Part shown: piece by piece, positions 10,260-19,268 of the stretch
Numbering within the stretch: the stretch's first letter is position 1
How the letters are laid out: each line of letters starts with the position of its first letter
NCBI GenBank assembly: GCA_964418835.1
Contig: CAYQNJ010000001.1
Span: 52,630-116,629 of the forward strand
DNA from: an uncultured Erysipelotrichaceae bacterium
GTDB lineage: Bacteria > Bacillota_I > Bacilli_A > Erysipelotrichales > Erysipelotrichaceae
DNA: 64,000 nucleotides
Reading direction: 5' to 3'
Translations under genes and position numbers: made by a program
Notes under the pieces: model-generated
Seen by the model: only the letters and a program-made list of their open reading frames with translations
What the model was told of the DNA's origin: nothing
The model's database searches: none

Positions 10260-11264
10260 ATGGTTGAAGATAGACTGTTATCATCTTTACCTGAAAGTGG
10301 AGATGATGAAGAAAATATAAGACCACAAAGTCTTAGTGAATATGTAGGACAAGATACATTAAAGTCTAATTTAAATGTATTTATTCAAGCTGCATTACAA
10401 AGAAATGAATCACTTGATCATGTATTATTGTATGGTCCTCCAGGGTTGGGTAAAACCACATTATCATTTATACTTGCTAATGAAATGGGTAGTCATGTAA
10501 GGGTTACTAGTGGCCCTAGTATTGAAAAAAGTGGTGATTTAGCTGCAATACTTTCTACTTTAGAAGCTGGGGATATCTTATTTATTGATGAAATTCATAG
10601 ACTACCTAAAGTTGTAGAAGAGGTATTATATCCAGCAATGGAAGATTTTTGTATAGATGTAGTTATTGGGAAAGATACAGGTGTAAGAAGCATAAGATTA
10701 GATTTACCTCCTTTTACACTAGTTGGTGCAACTACAAGAGCTGGTGATTTAAGTGCTCCATTAAGAGATAGATTTGGGATTGTGTCAAAACTTGATTACT
10801 ATACTATTGATCAATTAAAAGCAATTGTAAAAAGAACAGCACGTGTATTAAATGTAGAAATAAAAGAAAATGCACTTGATCAAATAGCTACACGATCAAG
10901 AGGGACTCCTAGAATAGCAAATAGACTACTTAGGAGAGTTAGAGACTTTGCTCAAGTATATAATGATGGTGTGATAACTAAGGAAGTAGCGAAGGATGCA
11001 CTTGATAGACTTCAAGTTGATTCTTTAGGTTTAGATGAAGTAGACATTAGATATTTAAGAGGTATTATTGAAAGATTTAAAGGTGGTCCTGTTGGTTTAG
11101 AAACATTAGCAAGTTCTATAAGTGAAGAAACAATGACATTAGAGGATGTATATGAACCTTACTTATTACAAATAGGTTTTATTAATAGAACTCCAAGAGG
11201 TAGAATAGCAACAGTAAAAGCTTACCAACATTTAGGTATTAATCATAATGATTCATTATTTTAG
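10260..11264 (+). CDS. ruvB: Holliday junction DNA helicase RuvB
   Basis: Walker [13 protein letters not shown]+ domain, winged-helix C-terminus. Confidence 0.95.
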   Translation: MVEDRLLSSLPESGDDEENIRPQSLSEYVGQDTLKSNLNVFIQAALQRNESLDHVLLYGPPGLGKTTLSFILANEMGSHVRVTSGPSIEKSGDLAAILSTLEAGDILFIDEIHRLPKVVEEVLYPAMEDFCIDVVIGKDTGVRSIRLDLPPFTLVGATTRAGDLSAPLRDRFGIVSKLDYYTIDQLKAIVKRTARVLNVEIKENALDQIATRSRGTPRIANRLLRRVRDFAQVYNDGVITKEVAKDALDRLQVDSLGLDEVDIRYLRGIIERFKGGPVGLETLASSISEETMTLEDVYEPYLLQIGFINRTPRGRIATVKAYQHLGINHNDSLF

Positions 11265-11290
11265 CCGCAATTGCGGTTTTTTTTATTTTT
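11264..11290 (+). terminator. Rho-independent terminator after ruvB
   Basis: ccgcaattgcgg palindrome plus T9. Confidence 0.8.
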
Positions 11291-11321
11291 AATGATATTA
11301 TATTTATAAGTAGAGGATTTT

Positions 11322-13010
11322 ATGATTAAAACCAGAAGAAATAATATAATATCTTATATTTTCTTTATACTTATGATATTATTACAAATTATATTTTTGT
11401 TTAAACAAAATATATTTGTAAATTTTCCTTTTGTAATTAATAATTTACATTTATATCTTACTATTCCTATTACACTTTGGGGTTATTCTTTATTTTATAG
11501 AATTACAGATAAAAAAATAAAGTATCTTTCTTTAATTTACACAATACTAATAATTATTTGGTTATTTATAAAGTTTGGAAGAGATAGAAGAGTTGATGAT
11601 AGTATTTCTTTATTTTTATGGTACTTATATTATATCCCATTATTAATAAACATTTATTTTTTATATGAAATACTTAGATATTCAAATAATTCAAGATTAA
11701 AAACTTCTTTTAATTATTATGTATTAGCATTAACTATTATTCTAATTATGATTGTAATTACGAATAGTCATCATTTTTTAGTATTTAAATTTAAAGATAT
11801 AAATATTCAAAATGATTATACATATGGTTTTATGTATAAAGTAATTGTCATATGGATAATTTTTGTAGGAAGCTTAATACTTTATCACGCTTTTAGAATA
11901 TATAAAAACAGAAATAAAATACCATTGTTATTTATATTTTTAATATTTTTATTATATTTTGTATATAATCGAGGTTATGTTTACAGACTACCATTTTTAT
12001 TTACTGGTGATTTTCCAATCACAACAATAATTTTTATGGTTTATTTGTTGGAGATATGTATAAGGATTAATTTAATACCAGGTAAATATTATTATACTGG
12101 TGTATTTAAAATGGGTAATTTAGATTTATCTATTATTGATGATAAAAATAATATTATTTTTAATACTCCAAATTCTACTGTTTTAAATGATGAGTTTTTT
12201 AATAGTTTAAATAAAAACGTAAAAACCCAAGAATTTTCATTAAGTAATAAAAGTATTATATTTAAGGTAAATAAAATTGATGGTGGATATTCTGTATATA
12301 CAAAAAATGTTCAGACAATAAATGAATTGATGTCTCAAATTAATGATAAATCACTTATTATTAATAGACAAAATAACATTCTTTCTATTGAAGAGGAACT
12401 TTCAAAAAAATACTTGGGTGAAAAAGTAAGTGATAAACTAAAAAATATAGTTGATCAAGTTATTTTTAAAAAATTAGATAACATCAATTATTTTACTGAA
12501 ATGATAACTGGTTCATTAAATAGTAAATATCAAGACTATAGACTTTTATCATATATAAAAATATATGTTGGATATTGTAAGAATAAATCTACATTACTAC
12601 TCAAAGAAGTTAATAAGGAATACATTGCGAGTGATGATTTTAGTATTATTTTACATAATACTATTCAAGATTCTTTTTCTGCAGGGATTCAAGGTCAAAT
12701 ATTTGTGAATATTGAAGAAGAAATAAACATGAAACATGTACAATTATTTTTTGATATTACACAGTTTATATTAGAAAAGTGTATTAGATTTAGTGAAACT
12801 AATGTGTTTATTAGAATTGATAAAGAGAATAATAATTATACTTATTATTCTATAATTGATACTTATGACAAAAAAGGGAATTTTATATTTAAGTTTGATA
12901 ATAGTATAGTAAATTCTATTAATAATTTAGATGGAAATTATAATTTTTTATTAGAAGATAATAATGTTTTAATGAGTGTAAAAGTAAAGGTAAGTAATAA
13001 TCATGAATGA
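11322..13010 (+). CDS. Polytopic membrane protein with a C-terminal degenerate histidine-kinase-like (GHKL) ATPase domain and no H-box
   Basis: ~8 predicted TM helices in the first 250 aa. C-terminal region ...LFFDITQFILEKCIRFSETNVFIRIDKENNNYTYYSIIDTYDKKGN resembles N-box/G1 of HATPase_c, but no HDxxGQ His-box is seen. 8-nt overlap with the downstream kinase gene. Confidence 0.55.
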   Translation: MIKTRRNNIISYIFFILMILLQIIFLFKQNIFVNFPFVINNLHLYLTIPITLWGYSLFYRITDKKIKYLSLIYTILIIIWLFIKFGRDRRVDDSISLFLWYLYYIPLLINIYFLYEILRYSNNSRLKTSFNYYVLALTIILIMIVITNSHHFLVFKFKDINIQNDYTYGFMYKVIVIWIIFVGSLILYHAFRIYKNRNKIPLLFIFLIFLLYFVYNRGYVYRLPFLFTGDFPITTIIFMVYLLEICIRINLIPGKYYYTGVFKMGNLDLSIIDDKNNIIFNTPNSTVLNDEFFNSLNKNVKTQEFSLSNKSIIFKVNKIDGGYSVYTKNVQTINELMSQINDKSLIINRQNNILSIEEELSKKYLGEKVSDKLKNIVDQVIFKKLDNINYFTEMITGSLNSKYQDYRLLSYIKIYVGYCKNKSTLLLKEVNKEYIASDDFSIILHNTIQDSFSAGIQGQIFVNIEEEINMKHVQLFFDITQFILEKCIRFSETNVFIRIDKENNNYTYYSIIDTYDKKGNFIFKFDNSIVNSINNLDGNYNFLLEDNNVLMSVKVKVSNNHE

Positions 13011-14334
13011 TATATATTTATTACATATGGTTATTTCTATGCTTGGAATAAATTTAATTTTGATATTAATACTTATTAATATTCCTTTAATGACTAAAAT
13101 TGATTTTATATTTTTAACTTTAAGAAGTATTGCATTGATAAGTTTTCATATGCTTGTGCTTATGCTCTTTTATGATTTATTTTATCATAATCCATTAACA
13201 TATATACTTTATATATTTGTAGTTCTTATTTTATTTATTTTAATAAATCTAATATATGGTTCTAAAATAATTAAGTTTTATTTAATACTATTTATTATTA
13301 TTTCCTATACAATTAACACCAATTTAATAGATAAATTAATGTTCATAAATATAATAATATTATTATATGAGATTTATGAAATATATGAAATGATTAAAAA
13401 GAGAAATACTTTTATTTCAAGAAACACTATTAAACAAGCTTTTGATACTATGGATGATGGATTATTATTTGTTAATGAGGAATGTATGCCATTACTAATG
13501 AATAATAAAATGATAAATATATTAAATGAGTTTGAATCATTTTATAAATTAGGTAATTCTAGATTAATACATAAAATTATAGAAAATATATCTAATTCTT
13601 TAATAAAGGTTAATGATAAAACATATTCAGTTTTTGTTAGTGAAAGCACTGATAAACATAAAGGCTTTTACTATCAATTTGTTGATGTAAGTGATAGTTA
13701 TAAATTTATTGAACAATTAGAAAATCAAAATCAATTTTTATTGTTAAAACAAAGTGATTTAAAAAACAGTTTAAAGAATATAGAAAAATCAGTAACTGAT
13801 AATGAAGTTTTAAAATTAAGATTATGGATACATGATATTATTGGGCAACGACTATCTATTGTACATACATATATAGAAAACAATTTTTTAAATACTGACA
13901 ATATTAATGAATTAAAAGAAATTTTAAAAAAAATTAAAGGGGATTTAAATTTTGATAGTTACAATATTGATGAAAGATTTAATAGAATAAAAATTACTTA
14001 TGAAGTTGTAAACACAATATTACATCTAAATGGTAGTTTTCCTAATGATAATAAGGTTTCTACAATATTTTTAAATATAATTCGAGAAGCAAGTACAAAT
14101 GCAATAAGACATTCTAGTGCTAAAAATGTATATATTGATATCAAGGAAGACAAAGAAAATTTATATTTAAACATTAAAAATGATGGAAAAGTTAATACAA
14201 AGAATATAGTTGAAGGTGATGGAATTCTAGGAATGAGAAGAGCAATTAAACCTTATGAAGGTGTATTGAACATTACTACTGATCCACTTTTTCAAATTGA
14301 TATTAAATTAAAAAGATCTAATTTAGATCTTTGA
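13003..14334 (+). CDS. Polytopic sensor histidine kinase, HisKA_3 family (DesK/LiaS-like)
   Basis: 4-5 N-terminal TM helices; H-box RLWIHDIIGQRLS; HATPase N-box REASTNAIRHS, G-boxes NDGKV and GDGILGMRRA. Confidence 0.8.
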   Translation: MNDIYLLHMVISMLGINLILILILINIPLMTKIDFIFLTLRSIALISFHMLVLMLFYDLFYHNPLTYILYIFVVLILFILINLIYGSKIIKFYLILFIIISYTINTNLIDKLMFINIIILLYEIYEIYEMIKKRNTFISRNTIKQAFDTMDDGLLFVNEECMPLLMNNKMINILNEFESFYKLGNSRLIHKIIENISNSLIKVNDKTYSVFVSESTDKHKGFYYQFVDVSDSYKFIEQLENQNQFLLLKQSDLKNSLKNIEKSVTDNEVLKLRLWIHDIIGQRLSIVHTYIENNFLNTDNINELKEILKKIKGDLNFDSYNIDERFNRIKITYEVVNTILHLNGSFPNDNKVSTIFLNIIREASTNAIRHSSAKNVYIDIKEDKENLYLNIKNDGKVNTKNIVEGDGILGMRRAIKPYEGVLNITTDPLFQIDIKLKRSNLDL

Positions 14335-14937
14335 GTTTATATATCCATTTGCTAGTGCAAATATTGCAAGTTTTGATATTGAATCATAACCAGTTTTTTG
14401 AAGAATTGTACTTATATAAGCTTTTATTGTTCCTTCACTTAAATATAATTCTTTAGCTATTTCTTTTCGAGATTTTGCTTCACAAATAAGTCTTAGAATA
14501 TCTAGTTCTTTTTGTGTTAGTTGGGCATCATTTGGTAGTTTGGGGATAGTATTGGTTGGATAAATAGAATAACCAGCCATAGTGTTTCTAATACAATTTA
14601 CAAGGCTTGAGAGATCTATATTCTTATATATAAAACTATCTGCTTTTGCAAGTCTTGCTCTTTCAACAAACGTTATTTCCGGCATAGCTGTCATAATTAT
14701 TATTTTAATATGAGGTAGTGCTTCTTTTATTTCTTTTGTTGCATCTAATCCACTAGAATTATTTTCTGTACATATATCCATAAGTACTAAATCTGGTTTT
14801 AGTTTTTGACATGTATGAAGTGCAATATCTGAGTTGCTTATGCCCCCAATTACTTCAAAATCTTCAAAAGTATTAAGATTCATACATAAAGCATCTCTCA
14901 ATATTGTTTGATCTTCTACTATTAATAGTTTAATCAT
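14323..14937 (-). CDS. Response regulator, NarL/LuxR family (REC + HTH_LuxR)
   Basis: REC domain with DLVLMDI phospho-acceptor Asp; C-terminal LuxR HTH LTQKELDILRLICEAKSRKEIAKELYLSEGTIKAY; RBS GGAG on the minus strand. Confidence 0.85.
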   Translation of the reverse strand: MIKLLIVEDQTILRDALCMNLNTFEDFEVIGGISNSDIALHTCQKLKPDLVLMDICTENNSSGLDATKEIKEALPHIKIIIMTAMPEITFVERARLAKADSFIYKNIDLSSLVNCIRNTMAGYSIYPTNTIPKLPNDAQLTQKELDILRLICEAKSRKEIAKELYLSEGTIKAYISTILQKTGYDSISKLAIFALANGYINSKI

Positions 14938-14965
14938 GAATACTCCTTTCGGTTATATATTATGT

Positions 14966-14996
14966 TTGAATATTAGACTTGTGGTAATTGTATAAT
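14966..14996 (+). promoter_or_regulatory. Sigma-A-type promoter of the SPFH/zinc-ribbon operon, in the divergent region shared with the response-regulator gene
   Basis: TTGAAT 14966-14971, 17-nt spacer, TGTATAAT (extended -10) 14989-14996. Confidence 0.5.
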
Positions 14997-15072
14997 TCTA
15001 GTTTTTTATTAATAATTTAATTAGATATTAACATTATCACATATAATCTAATAAAATTCTAGGAGGTATATT

Positions 15073-16278
15073 ATGGGATTAATTAAAGCAGCTTTAGGAG
15101 CATTATCAGGAACAATGGCAGACTCATGGAAAGAGTACTTCTATTGTGATTCTATCGACAGTGATACACTAATTGTAAAAGGTATGAAAAGAGTTAATGG
15201 TAAAAGATCATCTAACATGCATGGTACAGAGAATGTTATAACAAATGGGTCTAAAATTACAGTAAATGAAGGTCAATGTCTACTAATAGTTGATAATGGA
15301 AAAATTGTAGATATTGCGGCTGAATCAGGTGATTATGTTTATGATGCAGCAATGGAACCTAGTATTTTTGATGGTGGACTAGGTGATGCTATTAAAAACA
15401 CTTTTAATCAAGCTTGGAATAGATTTGAGTTTGGTGGAGATGTTTCGAAAGATAATCGAATTTATTATGTTAATACAAAAGAAATAGTTGGTAACAAATA
15501 TGGTACACCAAATGCAGTTCCTTTTAGAGTTATTGATGCTAATATTGGACTTGATGTAGATATATCTATTAGATGTTTTGGTGAGTATTCATATAAAATT
15601 ACTAACCCGATATTATTCTATAAAAACGTGAGTGGTAATGTTACTCAAGACTATAAAAGAGATGAAATTGATAGTCAATTAAAGACTGAGTTAATGACTG
15701 CACTTCAACCAACTTTCGCAAAAATTTCTGCGATGGGAATTAGATATAGTCAACTACCAGGTCACACTAAAGAAATTTCTAAAGCTTTAAATGAAGAGTT
15801 ATCTAGCCAGTGGGCAGAAACTAGGGGAATAGAAATAGCATCATTTGGTATCTCTAGTGTATCAGCTTCTGAAGAAGATGAAAAAATGATTAAACAACTT
15901 CAAAGTTCTGCAGTTAATAGAGATCCACGAATGGCAGCAGCAAATTTAGTTGGTGCTCAAGCACAAGCAATGAGAGATGCTGCAAATAATCCTTCAGGTG
16001 CATTTACTGGTTTTATGGGAATGAATATGGCTAATATGAGTGGCGGTTTTGATGCACAATCACTTTATAATCAACCAACCAATCAACAACAAGTACAACA
16101 AACAGTACAACAAACACAACAATCTAGTGACACTTGGAAGTGTGAATGTGGTCATGATAACACTGGAAAGTTTTGTGGTGAATGTGGTAAACCTAAACCA
16201 TCTCTAAATTGGTCATGTGAATGTGGTCATGAAAATACAGGAAAGTTCTGTAGTAATTGCGGTAAACCAAAAGTATAG
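15073..16278 (+). CDS. SPFH/Band-7 domain protein (Band_7_1, YdjI-like) with Q-rich linker and duplicated C-terminal zinc ribbon
   Basis: N-terminus MGLIKAALGALSGTMADSWKEYF...DSDTLIVKG typical of the Band_7_1 SPFH family; QPTNQQQVQQTVQQTQQ linker; two CxCG...CxxCG ribbons. Confidence 0.75.
   Translation: MGLIKAALGALSGTMADSWKEYFYCDSIDSDTLIVKGMKRVNGKRSSNMHGTENVITNGSKITVNEGQCLLIVDNGKIVDIAAESGDYVYDAAMEPSIFDGGLGDAIKNTFNQAWNRFEFGGDVSKDNRIYYVNTKEIVGNKYGTPNAVPFRVIDANIGLDVDISIRCFGEYSYKITNPILFYKNVSGNVTQDYKRDEIDSQLKTELMTALQPTFAKISAMGIRYSQLPGHTKEISKALNEELSSQWAETRGIEIASFGISSVSASEEDEKMIKQLQSSAVNRDPRMAAANLVGAQAQAMRDAANNPSGAFTGFMGMNMANMSGGFDAQSLYNQPTNQQQVQQTVQQTQQSSDTWKCECGHDNTGKFCGECGKPKPSLNWSCECGHENTGKFCSNCGKPKV
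16135..16275 (+). repeat. Tandem ~66-nt direct repeat encoding two zinc-ribbon modules
   Basis: WKCECGHDNTGKFCGECGKPKP and WSCECGHENTGKFCSNCGKPKV encoded by two adjacent ~75% identical DNA units. Confidence 0.8.
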
Positions 16279-16292
16279 ATTGGAGAACAATT

Positions 16293-17381
16293 ATGAGTGA
16301 ATTTGAAGAAGTAATTAGCACTACTAGAAATGAAACAGACAAAAGATGTACACAATGTGGAGGTGTGATGAATTTTGATCCTTCAAATGGTAATCTAACT
16401 TGTCCATATTGTGGTCATACTCAAATTGTAGAAAACTTGGAGTCTAGTGCTGTAGAAATTGATTTAAAAGAAGCTGAAGATTTAGGGAATCATGATTGGG
16501 GTCTTGAAACAAAAACAGTAATATGTAAAAACTGTAGTGCACAAAGTATTTATGATGCTTTAGAAATAGCTAATGTTTGTCCATATTGTGGAAGTAATCA
16601 TGTTATGGAAGAAAAGGGAGTAAAAACTTTGGCTCCTGGTGGTGTAGTTATATTTGAGGTTACTGCAAAAGAGGCTGGGGATAAGTTTAGTAAATGGCTA
16701 AGTAAGAAATGGTTTTGTCCAACTCCTGCAAAACAATCAGCAAAACCTGAAAAATTTAAAGGTGTTTATTTGCCTAATTGGACATTTGATACAAATACTA
16801 ACAGTTTTTATATAGGTGAAGCTGGGGTTGTTAAAACTAGAAAGAAAGCCGATGGTAAAACAGAAAGCTATACTCAATATCATCATGTCAATGGTAGATA
16901 CAATTATGTATTCGATGACTTTATTGAAAGTGGTTCTAATAGAATTAATAAAGATACTTTAAAACAAATTGAACCTTTTGATACAGAGAATAATAAAAGT
17001 TATAAACCAGAGTATATAGCAGGTTTTTCAGCTGAAAGGTATTCTATTGGATTAGAAGATGCTTGGGAGTCTGCTGGCAAAAGAATGAAAGATAAGTTAA
17101 AAACAGATATTGAATTAAAGATTAAATCTAATGAAAGAGCTTCTTATGTTAGAGGTTTAACAGTAGAGACTAAATTCAATGATGTAAAATTTAAATATCT
17201 GTTATTACCAATTTGGATTTCATCATTTGTATTTAATGGTAAAACATATGAGTTTATGGTAAATGGACAAACTGGAAAGGTAAGTGGTACATCTCCAATA
17301 GATAAAGTTAAAGTAGCAATTGTTGTAATAATTGTAATTGCTGTAATTGTTGGAATTATCTACTTTGTAAATTATCGATGA
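16293..17381 (+). CDS. Zinc-ribbon membrane protein (two CxxC...CxxC ribbons, central domain, C-terminal TM anchor); YdjG-like
   Basis: CTQCG...CPYCG and CKNCS...CPYCG pairs; C-terminal TM VKVAIVVIIVIAVIVGIIYF; stop overlaps the next start (ATGA). Confidence 0.65.
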   Translation: MSEFEEVISTTRNETDKRCTQCGGVMNFDPSNGNLTCPYCGHTQIVENLESSAVEIDLKEAEDLGNHDWGLETKTVICKNCSAQSIYDALEIANVCPYCGSNHVMEEKGVKTLAPGGVVIFEVTAKEAGDKFSKWLSKKWFCPTPAKQSAKPEKFKGVYLPNWTFDTNTNSFYIGEAGVVKTRKKADGKTESYTQYHHVNGRYNYVFDDFIESGSNRINKDTLKQIEPFDTENNKSYKPEYIAGFSAERYSIGLEDAWESAGKRMKDKLKTDIELKIKSNERASYVRGLTVETKFNDVKFKYLLLPIWISSFVFNGKTYEFMVNGQTGKVSGTSPIDKVKVAIVVIIVIAVIVGIIYFVNYR

Positions 17382-18358
17382 TTAAATTATTACTAATATT
17401 AATATTGATTATATCTGGATGTGGTAATAAAAAAGATCCACCAATTGACATAGAAGAGACTCCTACACCAATTATTGAAAATATAGAAACTGAAGAGATA
17501 GATGAAACTATTATTATTGATTTTTTAGGATATTCTTCTAATTATCAAAATAAATTAGATCAATATTTATTTAAGATGAATTATACAGCTATTGATGAGT
17601 TAGATATGGGTGGTGATGAGGTTTATTTAATAGACCCAGTTAAAAATATTGATATGGAAATTAATTGGATTAATTATGATGAAAATAACGAAGAATCATA
17701 TGCATTTTTTGCACTAATTCAACAAGATGAACCATTTATACTAATATGTAATGAAAGTGATATAAGACCAAATAATAAAATAATAGTTAATAATACTCAA
17801 GAATTTTCTCTACAAATTAGTTTAGAAAATGGAGAGTTAATTCAACCAGATAAAACTGAAACAGTTGACTGGGGATTTAAAGAACGTGAATTAAAAGATT
17901 CATTAGTGATATTTGATGAAATTATTTCTGCTACATTTGATATATTATTTCATAAATATTCTTTACAGATGCCTGAAGCTGTGGAGTTAATTACTCTAGT
18001 ATCTATGTATTTTGATCCAGCGTATGTAAATGGAGAAATAGAAATTGTAGATGGTGTGACATACAAGATACCAATTGATGTAATAGAAGGATGGACAATA
18101 GTTTTATTTGATGATTATACAGGGGAGTTACCAAATGAATTTGATTCAAATATATATGAGGTAAATTATAAAACTATTAATAGAATTAATGATTATGAAC
18201 TTTTAGAAATAAAAGAAATGGGGGAATTTATAGATTTACTCTATAAAAGAATAGATATTGAAACAGGTTATGAAGAGTTATTTGTAGTTAGTTTGATTAA
18301 AAGTAATACATCAAGTTTAAATTATAGAATATTTGATGTGATAATAAGCGTAGGATAA
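17378..18358 (+). CDS. Acidic lipoprotein of unknown function
   Basis: Signal peptide with lipobox LIISGC; Glu/Asp/Ile-rich 326-aa protein; translationally coupled to the upstream gene. Confidence 0.6.
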   Translation: MIKLLLILILIISGCGNKKDPPIDIEETPTPIIENIETEEIDETIIIDFLGYSSNYQNKLDQYLFKMNYTAIDELDMGGDEVYLIDPVKNIDMEINWINYDENNEESYAFFALIQQDEPFILICNESDIRPNNKIIVNNTQEFSLQISLENGELIQPDKTETVDWGFKERELKDSLVIFDEIISATFDILFHKYSLQMPEAVELITLVSMYFDPAYVNGEIEIVDGVTYKIPIDVIEGWTIVLFDDYTGELPNEFDSNIYEVNYKTINRINDYELLEIKEMGEFIDLLYKRIDIETGYEELFVVSLIKSNTSSLNYRIFDVIISVG

Positions 18359-18362
18359 AAAA

Positions 18363-18390
18363 AGGCTCACTATATAAGTGAGTCTTTCAT
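18363..18390. terminator. Bidirectional terminator between the lipoprotein gene and rpsD
   Basis: aggctcact-tatataa-gtgagtct hairpin flanked by A/T runs on both strands. Confidence 0.7.
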
Positions 18391-18393
18391 TTA

Positions 18394-18996
18394 TTATCTT
18401 GAATAATATTCTACAACTAGTGGTTCGTTGATTTCTTGGTTTAATTCGCTTCTTTCAGGTAAACGTACATAAGAACCTTTTTTATTTTCTTTGTCTACAC
18501 TAACAAATGCTACTGTATTTAAAGTTGCTTCTAAAGCATCAACGATGCTAGCCATATTTCTACTTCTTTCTCTAACTTCAATAGTAGATCCAGGTTTAAC
18601 GATAACACTAGGGATATCTACTTTTTTACCGTTTAATAAGATATGACCATGGTTAACTAATTGACGCGCTCCTCTTCTTGTTCTAGCAAATCCTAAACGA
18701 TAAACTAAGTTATCTAATCTAGATTCTAGTAATGTAAGGAAGTCAGTACCTACAACTCCACCCATCTTTTCAGCTTTTTTATAAGTGTTGTAGAATTGTC
18801 TTTCATTTAAACCATACATATTTCTAATTCTTTGTTTTTCTCTTAATTGAGTACCGTATCCACTTAATTTGATACGTTTTGTTGGCCCGTGTTGTCCAGG
18901 GGCGTATTGTCTTTTCTTTAATTCTTCACCAGTTTCTAAGATTGAGAAACTAAGACGTCTTGAAAGTTTCCAAACTGGTCCAGTATATCTTGCCAT
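18394..18996 (-). CDS. rpsD: 30S ribosomal protein S4
   Basis: [15 protein letters not shown]... canonical S4 sequence, 200 aa. Confidence 0.95.
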   Translation of the reverse strand: MARYTGPVWKLSRRLSFSILETGEELKKRQYAPGQHGPTKRIKLSGYGTQLREKQRIRNMYGLNERQFYNTYKKAEKMGGVVGTDFLTLLESRLDNLVYRLGFARTRRGARQLVNHGHILLNGKKVDIPSVIVKPGSTIEVRERSRNMASIVDALEATLNTVAFVSVDKENKKGSYVRLPERSELNQEINEPLVVEYYSR

Positions 18997-19160
18997 ATTT
19001 TCCTCCTATATTGTTTTAGCAAAAACAACAACAGGTACAAATCATCGATGTAGAGTGTTAGCTTTTAGATTATTTCGCTTTTTGCAGCAAGTTACTTTAA
19101 TCACAGCAGCCGCTGATGCTAACGCTTTATACATGAACTTTGTATGCTGCCATCATTTGA
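18997..19160 (-). promoter_or_regulatory. rpsD 5' leader (putative S4 autoregulatory structure) and promoter
   Basis: ~160-nt GC-richer structured untranslated region upstream of rpsD on the minus strand; Firmicute rpsD is known to be autoregulated through its leader. Confidence 0.4.
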
Positions 19161-19268
19161 CGCCCTAAAACTATATCAAAGTAAACAATAAAAGTCAATT
19201 ATCTAAAATATCATTCATTATTATTAAGTTATATGGTAAAATAACTTATAGATTTGGAGGCTTTTTAT

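Noticed and set aside
10036-10326. 96-aa minus-strand ORF spanning the ruvA/ruvB junction
   Set aside because: Antisense to two conserved genes; Phe/Ile-rich composition from reading AT-rich DNA backwards
18869-19168. 99-aa plus-strand ORF overlapping rpsD 5' end and leader
   Set aside because: Overlaps the conserved minus-strand rpsD and its leader; Cys/Arg-rich nonsense-like translation
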